DNA from: an uncultured candidatus Porisulfidus sp.
GTDB taxonomy: Bacteria > Pseudomonadota > Gammaproteobacteria > Poriferisulfidales > Oxydemutatoraceae
NCBI GenBank assembly: GCA_965215125.1
Contig: OZ244052.1
Location: 1,568,001-1,632,000 of the forward strand
Reading direction: 5' to 3'
Length of the DNA: 64,000 bases
The translations under genes and the position numbers were made by a program. Within the stretch, counting starts at the first letter, position 1. The number at the start of each line of letters is the position of its first letter. The notes below the pieces were generated by a model that was given only the letters and a program-made list of their open reading frames with translations, was not told the DNA's origin and ran no database searches. Below are positions 50,675 to 60,685 of the stretch, piece by piece.

Positions 50675-51205
50675 ATGAGCGCACTGGTCAAAGAAGCTCT
50701 ACCGGAGGCGTACGGTACCGACACCTTAGATAAAGAGGGTAAGCATGATTATATCGGACCGACTAAAATTTTAATGTCCAGAATGAGCGATGCAGATATC
50801 GCAGAGGTTCATGCCTTGGAAAGCCGCTCGTATTCGTTCCCATGGTCGCAACTGATATTTTCGGACTGCATCAATTCCCAATACGAGTGCTGGATGATGA
50901 GGAAATCGGGCAAAGTAATTGCATACGGCATTATGGCAGTCGCTATAGACGAAAGTCATTTATTGAATCTTTGTGTAGATTCCGACTTTAGAAGACAAGG
51001 CTATGCTTACTATATGGTTCGATTTTTATCCGATATTTCTATAGTTCGAAATGCCAAGCGCATGTTGCTTGAGGTTAGAGCAAGCAATTATCAAGCATTC
51101 AATCTTTATCGTAAATTAGGTTTTCAACAAATCGGTTTACGGAACAACTATTATCCTGCCGAGACCGATAGGGAAGACGCGCGAGTACTTGCTAAATTAC
51201 TCTAA
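50675..51205 (+). CDS. rimI: Ribosomal protein S18 alanine acetyltransferase
   Basis: FPWS, ESHLLNLCV, LEVRASN..A..LY..LGF..IG.R.NYYP...REDA. Confidence 0.93.
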   Translation: MSALVKEALPEAYGTDTLDKEGKHDYIGPTKILMSRMSDADIAEVHALESRSYSFPWSQLIFSDCINSQYECWMMRKSGKVIAYGIMAVAIDESHLLNLCVDSDFRRQGYAYYMVRFLSDISIVRNAKRMLLEVRASNYQAFNLYRKLGFQQIGLRNNYYPAETDREDARVLAKLL

Positions 51206-51212
51206 ACAGACC

Positions 51213-52598
51213 ATGCGATATGTGCCGTTTTTCCTGGAACTGAGAGGGAAGCAAGGTTTAGTAGTCGGCGGTGGTGAAATCGCAGCGCGTAAGGCGCACA
51301 GATTGCTTGAGGGAGGTATGAAACTAAAAATAGTCGCTCCTGAAATTTCCGAAGCGATGCGTAAACTAGGATCGCAGTCATCGTGTGAGATAGAGAAGCG
51401 CCCCTTTGACGATGACGATGTCAAAGGAGCATACATAGTTGTCTCGGCAACCGACCGTAGAGTAGTCAATCATCGCGTCGCCGAATTGGCTAAGGCACAG
51501 GGCAGCTTGGTGAATGTCGCCGACGATGCCGATGAGGCGAATCTGTTATTTCCGTCTTTGGTAGACCGTAGCCCCATACAAATTGCAATTTCGGCAGGCG
51601 GGGCTTCGCCCTCGTTGTCGCGTCTACTACGATCTTATTTAGAAGGTTTCATACCTTCTGGTTATGCCGAACTTGCCGAGCTGTTGGAACGATACCGAAA
51701 CCGCGTCAAAGAGAAATATCAAACATTGGATCAACGTCGTTCTTTTTGGGATATTGTTTTGAGAGGGAGAGTTGCCGATGCGATTTTTGCCGGACGATAC
51801 AAGGAAGCCGAAGCGAGCCTGCTTGCATTGCTAAACGACGAGCAGAAAATTGAGGATCACACCGGAGAGATTTATCTGGTCGGTGCCGGCCCCGGCGACC
51901 CCGATTTATTGACGATAAAAGCCTTGCGTTTGATGCAGCAAGCCGATGTGGTTGTCTACGACCGATTGGTTTCGGACAGCATACATCAATTGTTAAAACC
52001 CGGCATCGAGAAAATCTATGCCGGCAAGCAACCTTCGCAGCATGTAATGTCGCAAGAAGAAATTAATCGGTTGTTGGTTAAATTGGCAAGACAAGGGAAA
52101 AAAGTGTTACGCCTTAAAGGCGGCGATCCCTTCATCTTCGGTAGAGGTGGTGAAGAGATAGAAACCCTATTGGAAGAAGGCATTCCTTTTCAGATTGTAC
52201 CCGGTATCACTGCGGCACTAGGTTGCGCCGCCTATAGTGGCATTCCTCTGACACACAGAGACTATGCTCAATCGTGTGTTTTTGTAACCGGGCACCGTCG
52301 AGACGGAACCGTTAATCTAAACTGGGATTTCTTGACACAAGAAAATCAAACCTTGATTTTCTATATGGGTTTGCTCGGATTGGAACACATTTGTGCATCC
52401 TTAATCGAACATAGCATGCCACCCGAAACTCCTATCGCATTAATAATGCACGGCACTTTGGCAGACCAAAAAGTTATAGTTTCCGATCTGAGAAATATCA
52501 TAACAAAGGTGCGTAGTGAAGAGATCAAACCACCCACTTTAGTTATCGTCGGCAAGGTTGTAGAATTGTATAACAAACTGCAATGGTATCGATTGTAG
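51213..52598 (+). CDS. cysG: Siroheme synthase
   Basis: VVGGGEIAARK, VDRSPIQIAIS.GG.SP, LVGAGPGDPDLLT, RLKGGDPFIFGRGGEE. Confidence 0.97.
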   Translation: MRYVPFFLELRGKQGLVVGGGEIAARKAHRLLEGGMKLKIVAPEISEAMRKLGSQSSCEIEKRPFDDDDVKGAYIVVSATDRRVVNHRVAELAKAQGSLVNVADDADEANLLFPSLVDRSPIQIAISAGGASPSLSRLLRSYLEGFIPSGYAELAELLERYRNRVKEKYQTLDQRRSFWDIVLRGRVADAIFAGRYKEAEASLLALLNDEQKIEDHTGEIYLVGAGPGDPDLLTIKALRLMQQADVVVYDRLVSDSIHQLLKPGIEKIYAGKQPSQHVMSQEEINRLLVKLARQGKKVLRLKGGDPFIFGRGGEEIETLLEEGIPFQIVPGITAALGCAAYSGIPLTHRDYAQSCVFVTGHRRDGTVNLNWDFLTQENQTLIFYMGLLGLEHICASLIEHSMPPETPIALIMHGTLADQKVIVSDLRNIITKVRSEEIKPPTLVIVGKVVELYNKLQWYRL

Positions 52599-52628
52599 TT
52601 TGGTATAATAGACATTGGAGGAACAATT

Positions 52629-53189
52629 ATGAATATTTCTTATTTGATCAAAATCCCGGCTCTATGTTTGTACGCAGCGATTATTTTTGTCGGCACGATG
52701 CCGCCTTCCCTATCAATCTCGCCGTTCAACCCACCCGATGTATTGCCGCAATTCCATACTCAAGCGGCGGAAGATTGGATTAATTCTTCTCCGTTGCGAG
52801 TGGAGGACTTAAAAGGCAAAGTTGTATTGGTTGATTTTTGGACTTACGGTTGTTGGAATTGTTATCGTTCTTTTCCGTGGTTGAATGCTATGGAGGCTCG
52901 CTTGAAGGATGAAGATTTTATCGTAATCGGTGTTCACACACCGGAGTTTGATCACGAACGAGACCGACGTAAAGTAGCGGAGAAAGTCGAGGAATTCGAT
53001 CTGCACCACCCCGTTGTTATAGATAACGATAGTCTTTACTGGCGGGCTATGCGTAATCGCTATTGGCCGGCATTTTATGTGGTGGATAAGCAAGGGCGCA
53101 TACGGCATCGGTTTGTCGGCGAAACACACGAAGGTACCCGGCGCGCTGCAACTATAGAACAAGCAATAGTTAAACTGCTAGCAGAGTGA
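52629..53189 (+). CDS. Exported thioredoxin-like redoxin (DipZ-type domain)
   Basis: WINSSPL...LKGKVVLVDFWTYGCWNC, IGVHTPEF, NRYWPA. Confidence 0.88.
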   Translation: MNISYLIKIPALCLYAAIIFVGTMPPSLSISPFNPPDVLPQFHTQAAEDWINSSPLRVEDLKGKVVLVDFWTYGCWNCYRSFPWLNAMEARLKDEDFIVIGVHTPEFDHERDRRKVAEKVEEFDLHHPVVIDNDSLYWRAMRNRYWPAFYVVDKQGRIRHRFVGETHEGTRRAATIEQAIVKLLAE

Positions 53190-53218
53190 ACCACCACTTG
53201 TTGCAGTGGCACAAGTGG

Positions 53219-53345
53219 TGTAACGTTGTGCAGAAATAGAATCGCCGATTGAGCCGGTAGTTCAATCGGCGTGACGTTGTGCAGATACTGAGCATAGGTA
53301 TGTAGGTCGGATAAACTAAGGTTTATCCTCATAAGTGGTTCTGCA
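53219..53345. repeat. Inverted family B repeat plus GTAG REP variant
   Basis: TAGAATCGCCGATTGAGCCGGTAGTTCAATCGGCGTGACGTTGTGCAGA and GTAGGTCGGATAAACTAAGGTTTATCC. Confidence 0.88.
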
Positions 53346-53457
53346 CGAACTCAACCGCTACGCGCCATTTGGTTTTGGTTTCTATGATATTAATCGGATC
53401 GATACATTGCGAGGCTATGTATAATAATCGTGTTTAGAATATCCAATACTATAAACC

Positions 53458-54540
53458 ATGTCTAAATCCAAGCGTATTTTGTTGTTAGCCGGCGACGGTA
53501 TAGGTCCCGAGGTCATTGCCGAGGCGGTCAAGCTAATTAAGTGTATGCAAGCCGAAGGCCATGCGATTGAATATCGGGAGGCTTTAATAGGTGGAGCTGC
53601 ATACGATGTTCACGGCAGACCGTTGCCCGACGAGACACTAGAGGCTGCCGAGGAATGCGATGCGTTGTTGATGGGCGCGGTGGGGGGGGGGCAATACGAA
53701 AGGCTTGATCGGGAATTGCGTCCGGAGAGAGGATTGTTAGCCATCCGTAAAAAGCTGGGCTTGTTTGCCAATTTGCGACCGGCGTTATTATTCAAACCGT
53801 TGGCTACTCGTTCCAGTTTGCGTGCCGAGTTGATAGAAGGGCTTGATGTTTTGATAGTCAGAGAGTTGACAAGTGGGATTTATTTCGGTGAGCCGCGAGG
53901 TTTGCGGGTTGGTTCCGAAGGGCATCGCGAGGCCTACAATACGATGGTATATAGCGAGGATGAGATAGCGCGTATTGCGCGCATTGCGTATGAGGTGGCA
54001 CAGTTGCGCAGCGGTCGCCTATGCTCGGTTGACAAGGCGAATGTATTGGAGGTATCCGAGTTGTGGCGCGATGTTGTGGAGGGTTTGGCATCCGACTATC
54101 CCGATGTAACACTTAGCCATCTTTATGTGGACAATGCGGCGATGCAGTTGGTGCGTGCACCCAAGCAGTTTGATGTGATAGTTACTTCTAATTTGTTCGG
54201 TGACATATTGTCGGATTTAGCGGCGATGTTGACCGGATCTATCGGCATGTTGCCATCGGCATCTTTGAATCAATCGGGCAAGGGGTTGTATGAACCGGTG
54301 CACGGTTCCGCACCCGATATAGCAGGGCAGGGACGTGCTAATCCGCTGGCTGCAATGCTATCGTTGGCAATGCTACTGCGCTATTCTTTGGACATGCCAC
54401 AGTTGGCGAAGCGCACTGAACAGGCGGTCGCACATGCCGTAGAGACCTATCGTACACCCGATATCGCCGGTGCGGATAAAGCCGTATCAACTGCCGAGTT
54501 GGGTGATGCCGTAGTGCGATATTACGATGAACTCGGATAA
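53458..54540 (+). CDS. leuB: 3-isopropylmalate dehydrogenase
   Basis: [49 protein letters not shown]. Confidence 0.98.
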   Translation: MSKSKRILLLAGDGIGPEVIAEAVKLIKCMQAEGHAIEYREALIGGAAYDVHGRPLPDETLEAAEECDALLMGAVGGGQYERLDRELRPERGLLAIRKKLGLFANLRPALLFKPLATRSSLRAELIEGLDVLIVRELTSGIYFGEPRGLRVGSEGHREAYNTMVYSEDEIARIARIAYEVAQLRSGRLCSVDKANVLEVSELWRDVVEGLASDYPDVTLSHLYVDNAAMQLVRAPKQFDVIVTSNLFGDILSDLAAMLTGSIGMLPSASLNQSGKGLYEPVHGSAPDIAGQGRANPLAAMLSLAMLLRYSLDMPQLAKRTEQAVAHAVETYRTPDIAGADKAVSTAELGDAVVRYYDELG

Positions 54541-54596
54541 AATGATACGCTCGGTTAATACACAAAACGTACCGGTAGAATTAAAAGAGATATAAG

Positions 54597-55625
54597 ATGG
54601 AAAAGATAAATATAGCGGTGGTAGGTGCAACCGGAGCGGTCGGGGAGATGATGCTTAAGGTTTTAGAGCAGCGTAGTTTTCCGGTGAATTGTTTATATCC
54701 TCTTGCGAGCAAACGTTCCGCAGGTAGTGTAATTCAATTCGGAGGTCAAGCCTGCGAGGTCGGTCTACTGGATGATTTTGATTTCACGCGTACGACGCTC
54801 GCGCTATTTTCGGCAGGTGCTTCGGTCTCGGATATCTATGCGCCGCGTGCAGCAAAAGCCGGTAATATCGTAATAGATAATACTTCTCGTTTTCGTAACG
54901 AGGCGGATATTCCGCTCGTGGTGCCGGAGGTCAACCCGCATGCCGCTGCACACTATAAAAAGCATCGCATCATAGCCAACCCTAATTGCTCTACGATACA
55001 AATGGTTATGGTCCTAAAACCGTTGCATGATTTGTTTCAAATAAGCCGCGTCAATGTTGCAACGTATCAGGCTGTATCGGGTGCCGGCAGACGCGCCGTG
55101 GAAGAGATGTTGTTACAAACCCGAACGAAGCTTAATAACGAGACGGTACAACCCGAGATTTATCCTAAGCAGATTGCGTTTAATGCCTTACCGCAGATAG
55201 ATTGCTTCATGGAGAACGGCTATACTAGAGAAGAAATGAAAATGGTATGGGAAACACAAAAGATTTTGGAAGACAAACACATTAAGGTTAACCCAACGGC
55301 GGTGCGCATACCGGTTGTCAATGGACATTCGGAGGCTATACACATAGAGTTCAAGCAGGAAATTGACGAAAGTGCCGCCCGCAAGGTACTGGAGAAAGCA
55401 CCCGGCGTTATCGTATTGGACGAACGCGTGGAAGGTGCTTATCCGACGGCTGTAACCGAAGCCGATAATCAAGACGCAGTTTGGGTTGGGCGCATACGCA
55501 AGGATATTTCATATCCTTGCGGGCTCAATGTGTGGGTGGTTGCCGACAATTTGCGCAAGGGGGCTGCCACCAATAGCGTACAGATAGCAGAATTGATGAT
55601 GCGCGAATACCTGAACGATGTCTAA
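54597..55625 (+). CDS. asd: Aspartate-semialdehyde dehydrogenase
   Basis: VVGATGAVG, IIANPNCSTIQM, YQAVSGAG, DNLRKGAATN. Confidence 0.97.
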   Translation: MEKINIAVVGATGAVGEMMLKVLEQRSFPVNCLYPLASKRSAGSVIQFGGQACEVGLLDDFDFTRTTLALFSAGASVSDIYAPRAAKAGNIVIDNTSRFRNEADIPLVVPEVNPHAAAHYKKHRIIANPNCSTIQMVMVLKPLHDLFQISRVNVATYQAVSGAGRRAVEEMLLQTRTKLNNETVQPEIYPKQIAFNALPQIDCFMENGYTREEMKMVWETQKILEDKHIKVNPTAVRIPVVNGHSEAIHIEFKQEIDESAARKVLEKAPGVIVLDERVEGAYPTAVTEADNQDAVWVGRIRKDISYPCGLNVWVVADNLRKGAATNSVQIAELMMREYLNDV

Positions 55626-56991
55626 ATATCGGTTATTTTTATGTTTTGTGTTCGGATGTTCGTTGCTCAGTCCGGCAACGGCACTGGAATTGGGTGAAAT
55701 TAAGGTCGGTAGCGAGGAGAAACAAATACTCGATGCCGAGGTTGCGTTGAGCGACATAGGTTCGGATAACTTAAGCGATTGGTATATAATCTCGGTCGAT
55801 CAAGACGAATATCAAGCACAAGGTATTCAATATATTAATGGCTTGCACGATCGCCTCGTAATGGAAATCGTAGCATCCGCACCCGCACCTTATATTGCCG
55901 TCAGTAGTATTGTATCGGTCAACCAGCGTAACTTTGATTTGATTATTCGTATCGGCAACGGCGAGAAAAATCTGCAAAAGATTTATCAAGTCGTATTGAA
56001 AGAACCGCCTGCCCCGATTGTGGAGGTGATCAGGGCGATGACACCTGCCGAAATACTAAATTATTTAACGAATACACTTGCTACCTCGCAAAAGATATCG
56101 GGGGCAGAGGCGTGGAGTCAATTACGATCTTTGGTCACCGAGACAACCCAAGGTGGTGAACAAAAATTAATTGCGAGTATTAACTCTGCCGAACTCAGTC
56201 TAAGTTTTATCATAGGTATCGGCGCGTTGTTCAACGAACGGCAAAAGGCATTCTTCAACCGCATCAAGGCAGAGTCCGGCACTGCGCGTGCAGTTGCCGC
56301 TGCGTTATTCGGTCAGCGGGATTTTTTGATATTAAAAGCACTATTTAAGCAGGCAACCGAACATACTTTGGAGGAAGGAACCACTAAAAGCAGCCAACTG
56401 GATTTTGAGAAAGAACGTGCGGCGATACTCGAGAATAAACTCTACGACCTTGAATATGCAAAGATGCAAGAGGATTTGGCAGCACGACAGCGTGCCGAAG
56501 AATCACGGATAGAATCCGAACAGGTCGAAACAATACAGTTCGAAACAATAGATTGGTTGGATTATCGGAGTTGGCTTATTTATCTGGAGTGGGGCAAGAA
56601 ACCGTTATTGTCTAATGCTAAAGTTTGGGTTGCGGTCTCGATATTGTTAGGCATTTTGCTATTGCTGTTGAGCATACGACTATTTCTAGGACAAAAAACA
56701 CAAGCTGTAGGACGACCTGCCGAAGCAAGTCGCGTTAAGATGTCTTTACCGGGACAAAACGAATTAGAAAAATTACGCGCCCCACAAGTGTATATCAATC
56801 CTGCGGATAAAGAGGATAAAGGTCAAAAAAGCGATAAAGATCGTATCATCGCCAAGCTCAATCGCGCCGAGGCTTATATAGAAATGGGAGAACACGAGGC
56901 GGCGCGTCGTTTGCTCGAAGAGATAGAGCAACAAAGCCAAAATCCGCAACAACTAGCGCATATACGCGATTTGCGAGATAAGATGAGGTAA
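55618..56991 (+). CDS. FimV-like protein
   Basis: ALELGEIKV.S N-terminus, TM segment, C-terminal KLNRAEAYIEMGEHEAARRLLEEI; lies between asd and truA. Confidence 0.75.
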   Translation: MSKYRLFLCFVFGCSLLSPATALELGEIKVGSEEKQILDAEVALSDIGSDNLSDWYIISVDQDEYQAQGIQYINGLHDRLVMEIVASAPAPYIAVSSIVSVNQRNFDLIIRIGNGEKNLQKIYQVVLKEPPAPIVEVIRAMTPAEILNYLTNTLATSQKISGAEAWSQLRSLVTETTQGGEQKLIASINSAELSLSFIIGIGALFNERQKAFFNRIKAESGTARAVAAALFGQRDFLILKALFKQATEHTLEEGTTKSSQLDFEKERAAILENKLYDLEYAKMQEDLAARQRAEESRIESEQVETIQFETIDWLDYRSWLIYLEWGKKPLLSNAKVWVAVSILLGILLLLLSIRLFLGQKTQAVGRPAEASRVKMSLPGQNELEKLRAPQVYINPADKEDKGQKSDKDRIIAKLNRAEAYIEMGEHEAARRLLEEIEQQSQNPQQLAHIRDLRDKMR

Positions 56992-57767
56992 TGAAGTTTG
57001 CCGCCGGCATTGAATATAAAGGTACTGCTTTTGACGGTTGGCAAAGCCAATCGCATGCACCCAATGTACAAGATTGCCTAGAGCGAGCATTAACAAAAGT
57101 CGCGGACAGTCCGGTGCGTACCGTTTGTGCGGGGCGTACCGATAGCGGCGTTCATGCTACCGGTCAAGTCGTTCATTTTGAGACCGCCGCAGTGCGTCTG
57201 GAAAACGAATGGTTGCGCGGTTGCAATGCAAACATGAGTAAAGATATCCGTATGCAGTGGATACAATCGGTGAATTCCGACTTTGACGCACGTAAAAGTG
57301 CGATCAAACGTTGCTACCGATATATTATTTTGAATACACCCCAATCTTCGGCTTTGTTGAACGATCTGACCGCACATATATATAGGCCTTTGGATGCAAA
57401 AGCTATGCACCGGGCGGCGCAAACTTTAGTCGGCGAACATGATTTTAGTAGCTTTCGCAGTGCCGGCTGTCAGTCTAAAACACCGATCAGACGCGTCTAC
57501 ACGATTGATGTGTGTCGAGACCGGCGCTTGATCTATATAGACATTTGTGCAAATGCATTTGTGCAATATATGGTGCGTAATATCGTAGGTGTTTTGATTG
57601 AGGTCGGTGACGGTACTCGCCACGTACAATGGGTTGCCGAGGTATTGACAAAACGGGATCGCACACAAGGCGGGGTGACTGCACCGAGTGATGGTTTATA
57701 CCTAGTTGGGGTAGAATACGACACTTGTTATAGTTTGCCCGATGAGGTGGTGTATCCGAGCTTTTAA
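56991..57767 (+). CDS. truA: tRNA pseudouridine(38-40) synthase
   Basis: EYKGTAFDGWQ, CAGRTDSGVHA, HDFSSFR, MVRNIVG. Confidence 0.97.
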   Translation: MKFAAGIEYKGTAFDGWQSQSHAPNVQDCLERALTKVADSPVRTVCAGRTDSGVHATGQVVHFETAAVRLENEWLRGCNANMSKDIRMQWIQSVNSDFDARKSAIKRCYRYIILNTPQSSALLNDLTAHIYRPLDAKAMHRAAQTLVGEHDFSSFRSAGCQSKTPIRRVYTIDVCRDRRLIYIDICANAFVQYMVRNIVGVLIEVGDGTRHVQWVAEVLTKRDRTQGGVTAPSDGLYLVGVEYDTCYSLPDEVVYPSF

Positions 57768-57792
57768 TGAATAATTATCAAAACCTAGTTTA

Positions 57793-59022
57793 ATGTCCGT
57801 AATAGTCCAGAAATTCGGCGGTACATCGGTTGCCTCCGTTGAATTGATAGAGCATGTTGCGACGATAGTCCATAATACCCAACGGCAGGGGCATCAAATC
57901 ATCGTTGTCGTGTCGGCAATGAGTGGCGAGACCGACCGCTTGATAGGATTGGCTCAAAAAGTGGATGCACATTATAGCGGTAGAGAACTCGATGCACTAT
58001 TGGCAACCGGCGAGCAAAGCAGTGCCGCGTTATTGGCAATCGCTTTGAACAAGCGGGGCGTTGAGGCAATATCCATGACCGGCTGGCAAGCCGGCATGAT
58101 GACCGATCAAAGCTGTAATAAGGCGCGTATTCGATCTATAGAGGAGGATAAGATCAAACATCGCTTGGAACAAGGAAAAGTTGTGGTCATCGCCGGCTTT
58201 CAAGGTATAGACGAACACGGCAATATTACTACGCTGGGGCGAGGCGGCTCGGATACCACTGCGGTCGCGGTTGCGGCAAAACTCAAGTGTGAAGAGTGTA
58301 GGATCTATACCGATGTAGACGGTATTTATACCACCGACCCGCGTATAGAACCTAAAGCTCGTCGCCTTGTCTCCATTACCTTTGAAGAAATGTTGGAAAT
58401 GGCAAGTTTAGGTTCAAAGATACTACAAATCCGCTCGGTAGAATTGGCAGGCAAGTATAATGTACCGGTTAGGGTGCTGTCTACTTTCAAAGAAGGTCAA
58501 GGCACGCTGATTAGCTATGAGGAAAATTCAATGGAAGAACTAAGAATTTCGGGTGTCGCTTGCAATCAAGACGAAGCACAGCTCACCGTGCGCGGTGTGC
58601 CGGATAGACCCGGCATTGCCGCGAGTATATTGGAGCCTATCGCAGAGACAAACATAGAAATAGATATGATTGTCCAAAATGTAGGCTCGCGCGACGGTAT
58701 TGCCGATTTCACGTTCACCGTACACCGTAGAGATTATCGCAAAGCAATGAAAATTCTCGAAACAACGGTTGAAAAGTTAGGTTCGGGACGAGTTATAGGT
58801 ACCGACAACATCGTCAAAGTTTCTCTAGTCGGTGTCGGCATGCGCTCACATGCCGGTATCGCCTCTAAAATGTTTAGTGCACTTGCCGAATCCGGCATAG
58901 ATATACGCATGATATCCACCTCGGAGATAAAAATCTCCATTGTTATAAAAGAAGAAATGATGCAAAAAGCCGTGCAGACCCTACATCGCGCTTTTGAGCT
59001 TGCTAACGCTAAGCACCCGTAA
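57793..59022 (+). CDS. lysC: Aspartate kinase
   Basis: VQKFGGTSV, TTLGRGGSDTTA, YTDVDG, ACT domains, ISTSEIKIS. Confidence 0.96.
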   Translation: MSVIVQKFGGTSVASVELIEHVATIVHNTQRQGHQIIVVVSAMSGETDRLIGLAQKVDAHYSGRELDALLATGEQSSAALLAIALNKRGVEAISMTGWQAGMMTDQSCNKARIRSIEEDKIKHRLEQGKVVVIAGFQGIDEHGNITTLGRGGSDTTAVAVAAKLKCEECRIYTDVDGIYTTDPRIEPKARRLVSITFEEMLEMASLGSKILQIRSVELAGKYNVPVRVLSTFKEGQGTLISYEENSMEELRISGVACNQDEAQLTVRGVPDRPGIAASILEPIAETNIEIDMIVQNVGSRDGIADFTFTVHRRDYRKAMKILETTVEKLGSGRVIGTDNIVKVSLVGVGMRSHAGIASKMFSALAESGIDIRMISTSEIKISIVIKEEMMQKAVQTLHRAFELANAKHP

Positions 59023-59103
59023 AAGCGGTAATTCCTCTTAAGGGAAGGCATGTCGGCCCTCCTTTACAGAGCGCGTGGTAGGCGTAAAAGAAATAAACTA
59101 ATA

Positions 59104-59691
59104 GGAAATTATATAGTTAACTTGACAAAGAAATGTTAAATTATATCAATGCAAACCCATAGAACAATTAGATACCATTTATATCCGGCGACACAGAAAA
59201 AACACCGGCAATTACATGGCACAGCAGGCGCATGCCGCTATGTCTGGAATCACTTTGTAGCTAAGTTGAAGGACGAATACGAGTATTACGGCGAAAGCCG
59301 GTTTAAATTCTTCACCCTAGGCAAGCAATTTACGACATTAAGAAAGTATTGCGACAAGTGGTTGCAAGTTTATTCCGCTTATATCGTCAAATCATCATTA
59401 CAACCGATAGAGATAGCATACAAAGGATTTTTCAAGGGCAACAACGTATTGCCGAAGTTTCACGGCAAATATACGCATAGCCCGTCATTCCCGATCAATT
59501 TTCAAGTGTCGGCATTGCGGACACGAGGACAATGCGGATGTAAATGCTGCATTAAACATTTTGGCGGCCGGGAGTACCGCAACCGGATGTGGAGACGGCG
59601 ACAGTGGCAACACAAGTCGGTCAATGAAGCGTCAAAAAGATAGGGTGGCAAGGCAGGCTAAAAAGTCTGCCAAGTTAACTATATAATTCCC
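59104..59691 (+). mobile_element. Non-autonomous TIR element carrying a deleted tnpB
   Basis: TIRs GGAAATTATATAGTTAACTTG (59104-59124) and CAAGTTAACTATATAATTCCC (59671-59691), 20/21 match; 8-bp direct repeat AACTAATA at 59096-59103 and 59692-59699. Confidence 0.88.
59149..59686 (+). pseudogene. tnpB: TnpB RNA-guided nuclease, internally deleted
   Basis: N-terminal HTH/REC (YHLYP...GACRYVWN...WL...AYKGFFK...PKF) joined out of frame near 59500 to FKCRHCGHEDNADVNAALNILA (end of Zn finger + RuvC-III); RuvC-I/II missing; TAA at 59684-59686. Confidence 0.88.
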
Positions 59692-59748
59692 AACTAATAT
59701 CAACACTTTAGTAGTGTTATATAATATGCCGACAGGAGGAATATTATT

Positions 59749-59967
59749 ATGTTAATTTTGACGAGAAGGATAGGAGAAACATTCAAAGTAGGAGATGACG
59801 TTAGTGTTACCGTTTTGGGAGTAAGAGGAAGTCAAATAAGAATTGGCATTTCCGCGCCTAGGGGTATAGATGTTTATCGTGAGGAGATTTACGATAAAAG
59901 GAAAAATGCCGTTAAGCAATCTGCCGAGAACGAAAAGAAAGCATCTGATGTTGTCGCCTCGCATTGA
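59749..59967 (+). CDS. csrA: Carbon storage regulator
   Basis: [31 protein letters not shown]....REEIY. Confidence 0.97.
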   Translation: MLILTRRIGETFKVGDDVSVTVLGVRGSQIRIGISAPRGIDVYREEIYDKRKNAVKQSAENEKKASDVVASH

Positions 59968-59988
59968 AAAGGTTTATTTCCCGATTAC

Positions 59989-60081
59989 GGAGAGATGGCC
60001 GAGCGGCTGAAGGCGCTCCCCTGCTAAGGGAGTATGGGGTTTGTAGCTCCATCGAGGGTTCGAATCCCTCTCTCTCCGCCA
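59989..60081 (+). tRNA. tRNA-Ser(GCT)
   Basis: GGAGAGA/TCTCTCC acceptor stem, anticodon arm CTCCC-CTGCTAA-GGGAG, long variable arm, GGTTCGAATCC, encoded CCA. Confidence 0.97.
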
Positions 60082-60199
60082 CAGACTTTTGATGGCTAAG
60101 CGCAAGTTGTAGCAATCCCTGTGGCATGATCAAGCAGATAAAGCAGGTCAACATTTTTGTTCGTTGCATACGTCTTAAAATAAAACGATTTTAAGTGAA

Positions 60200-60631
60200 A
60201 TGAAAAAACTTTATCTCTACCTGACGTATGCCGGCGCGTTGCCGTTTATTATTTGTGCTTTTTGTCTAGCATTCGAAATAAGATTCATACCACTACTAGG
60301 CGCAACAGAACAAGTCTTGAGTGTGTATACGCTTATCATTGCAACCTTTATAGCCGGCAACCACTGGGGACAGCATCTTTATATGAAAAATAAATGGCAA
60401 TATTATTTGCCGATATCGAGTAATGTCATTGTTATTACGCTTTGGTTTGGTTTCTTGGTATTGTCCCTCAAACCGTTAATTACAGCCTTCGTAGTAGCGT
60501 TCCTAGTTTTGTTGGTCATAGATCAAAGACTTTGCCGACTTAATCTCATTACCCGTCAATATTTTCAAATGCGTTGTTTTGCAACGGCAATTGTTATTTC
60601 AACACTTGTCATTTCAAGAATTGTTACATGA
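60200..60631 (+). CDS. DUF3429-like membrane protein
   Basis: LTYAGALPF, Y..II.TFIAG.HWG, Y..MR...T; multi-TM. Confidence 0.8.
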   Translation: MKKLYLYLTYAGALPFIICAFCLAFEIRFIPLLGATEQVLSVYTLIIATFIAGNHWGQHLYMKNKWQYYLPISSNVIVITLWFGFLVLSLKPLITAFVVAFLVLLVIDQRLCRLNLITRQYFQMRCFATAIVISTLVISRIVT

Positions 60632-60685
60632 CAGGTATTGTCTTTGAAGCCACTGCGGATAACCTACAGACCACAAAAGCACTCC

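Noticed and set aside
59149-59643. Intact 164-aa miniature nuclease
   Set aside because: The last ~45 aa are an out-of-frame read of the TnpB C-terminus after an internal deletion; RuvC-I/II are absent.
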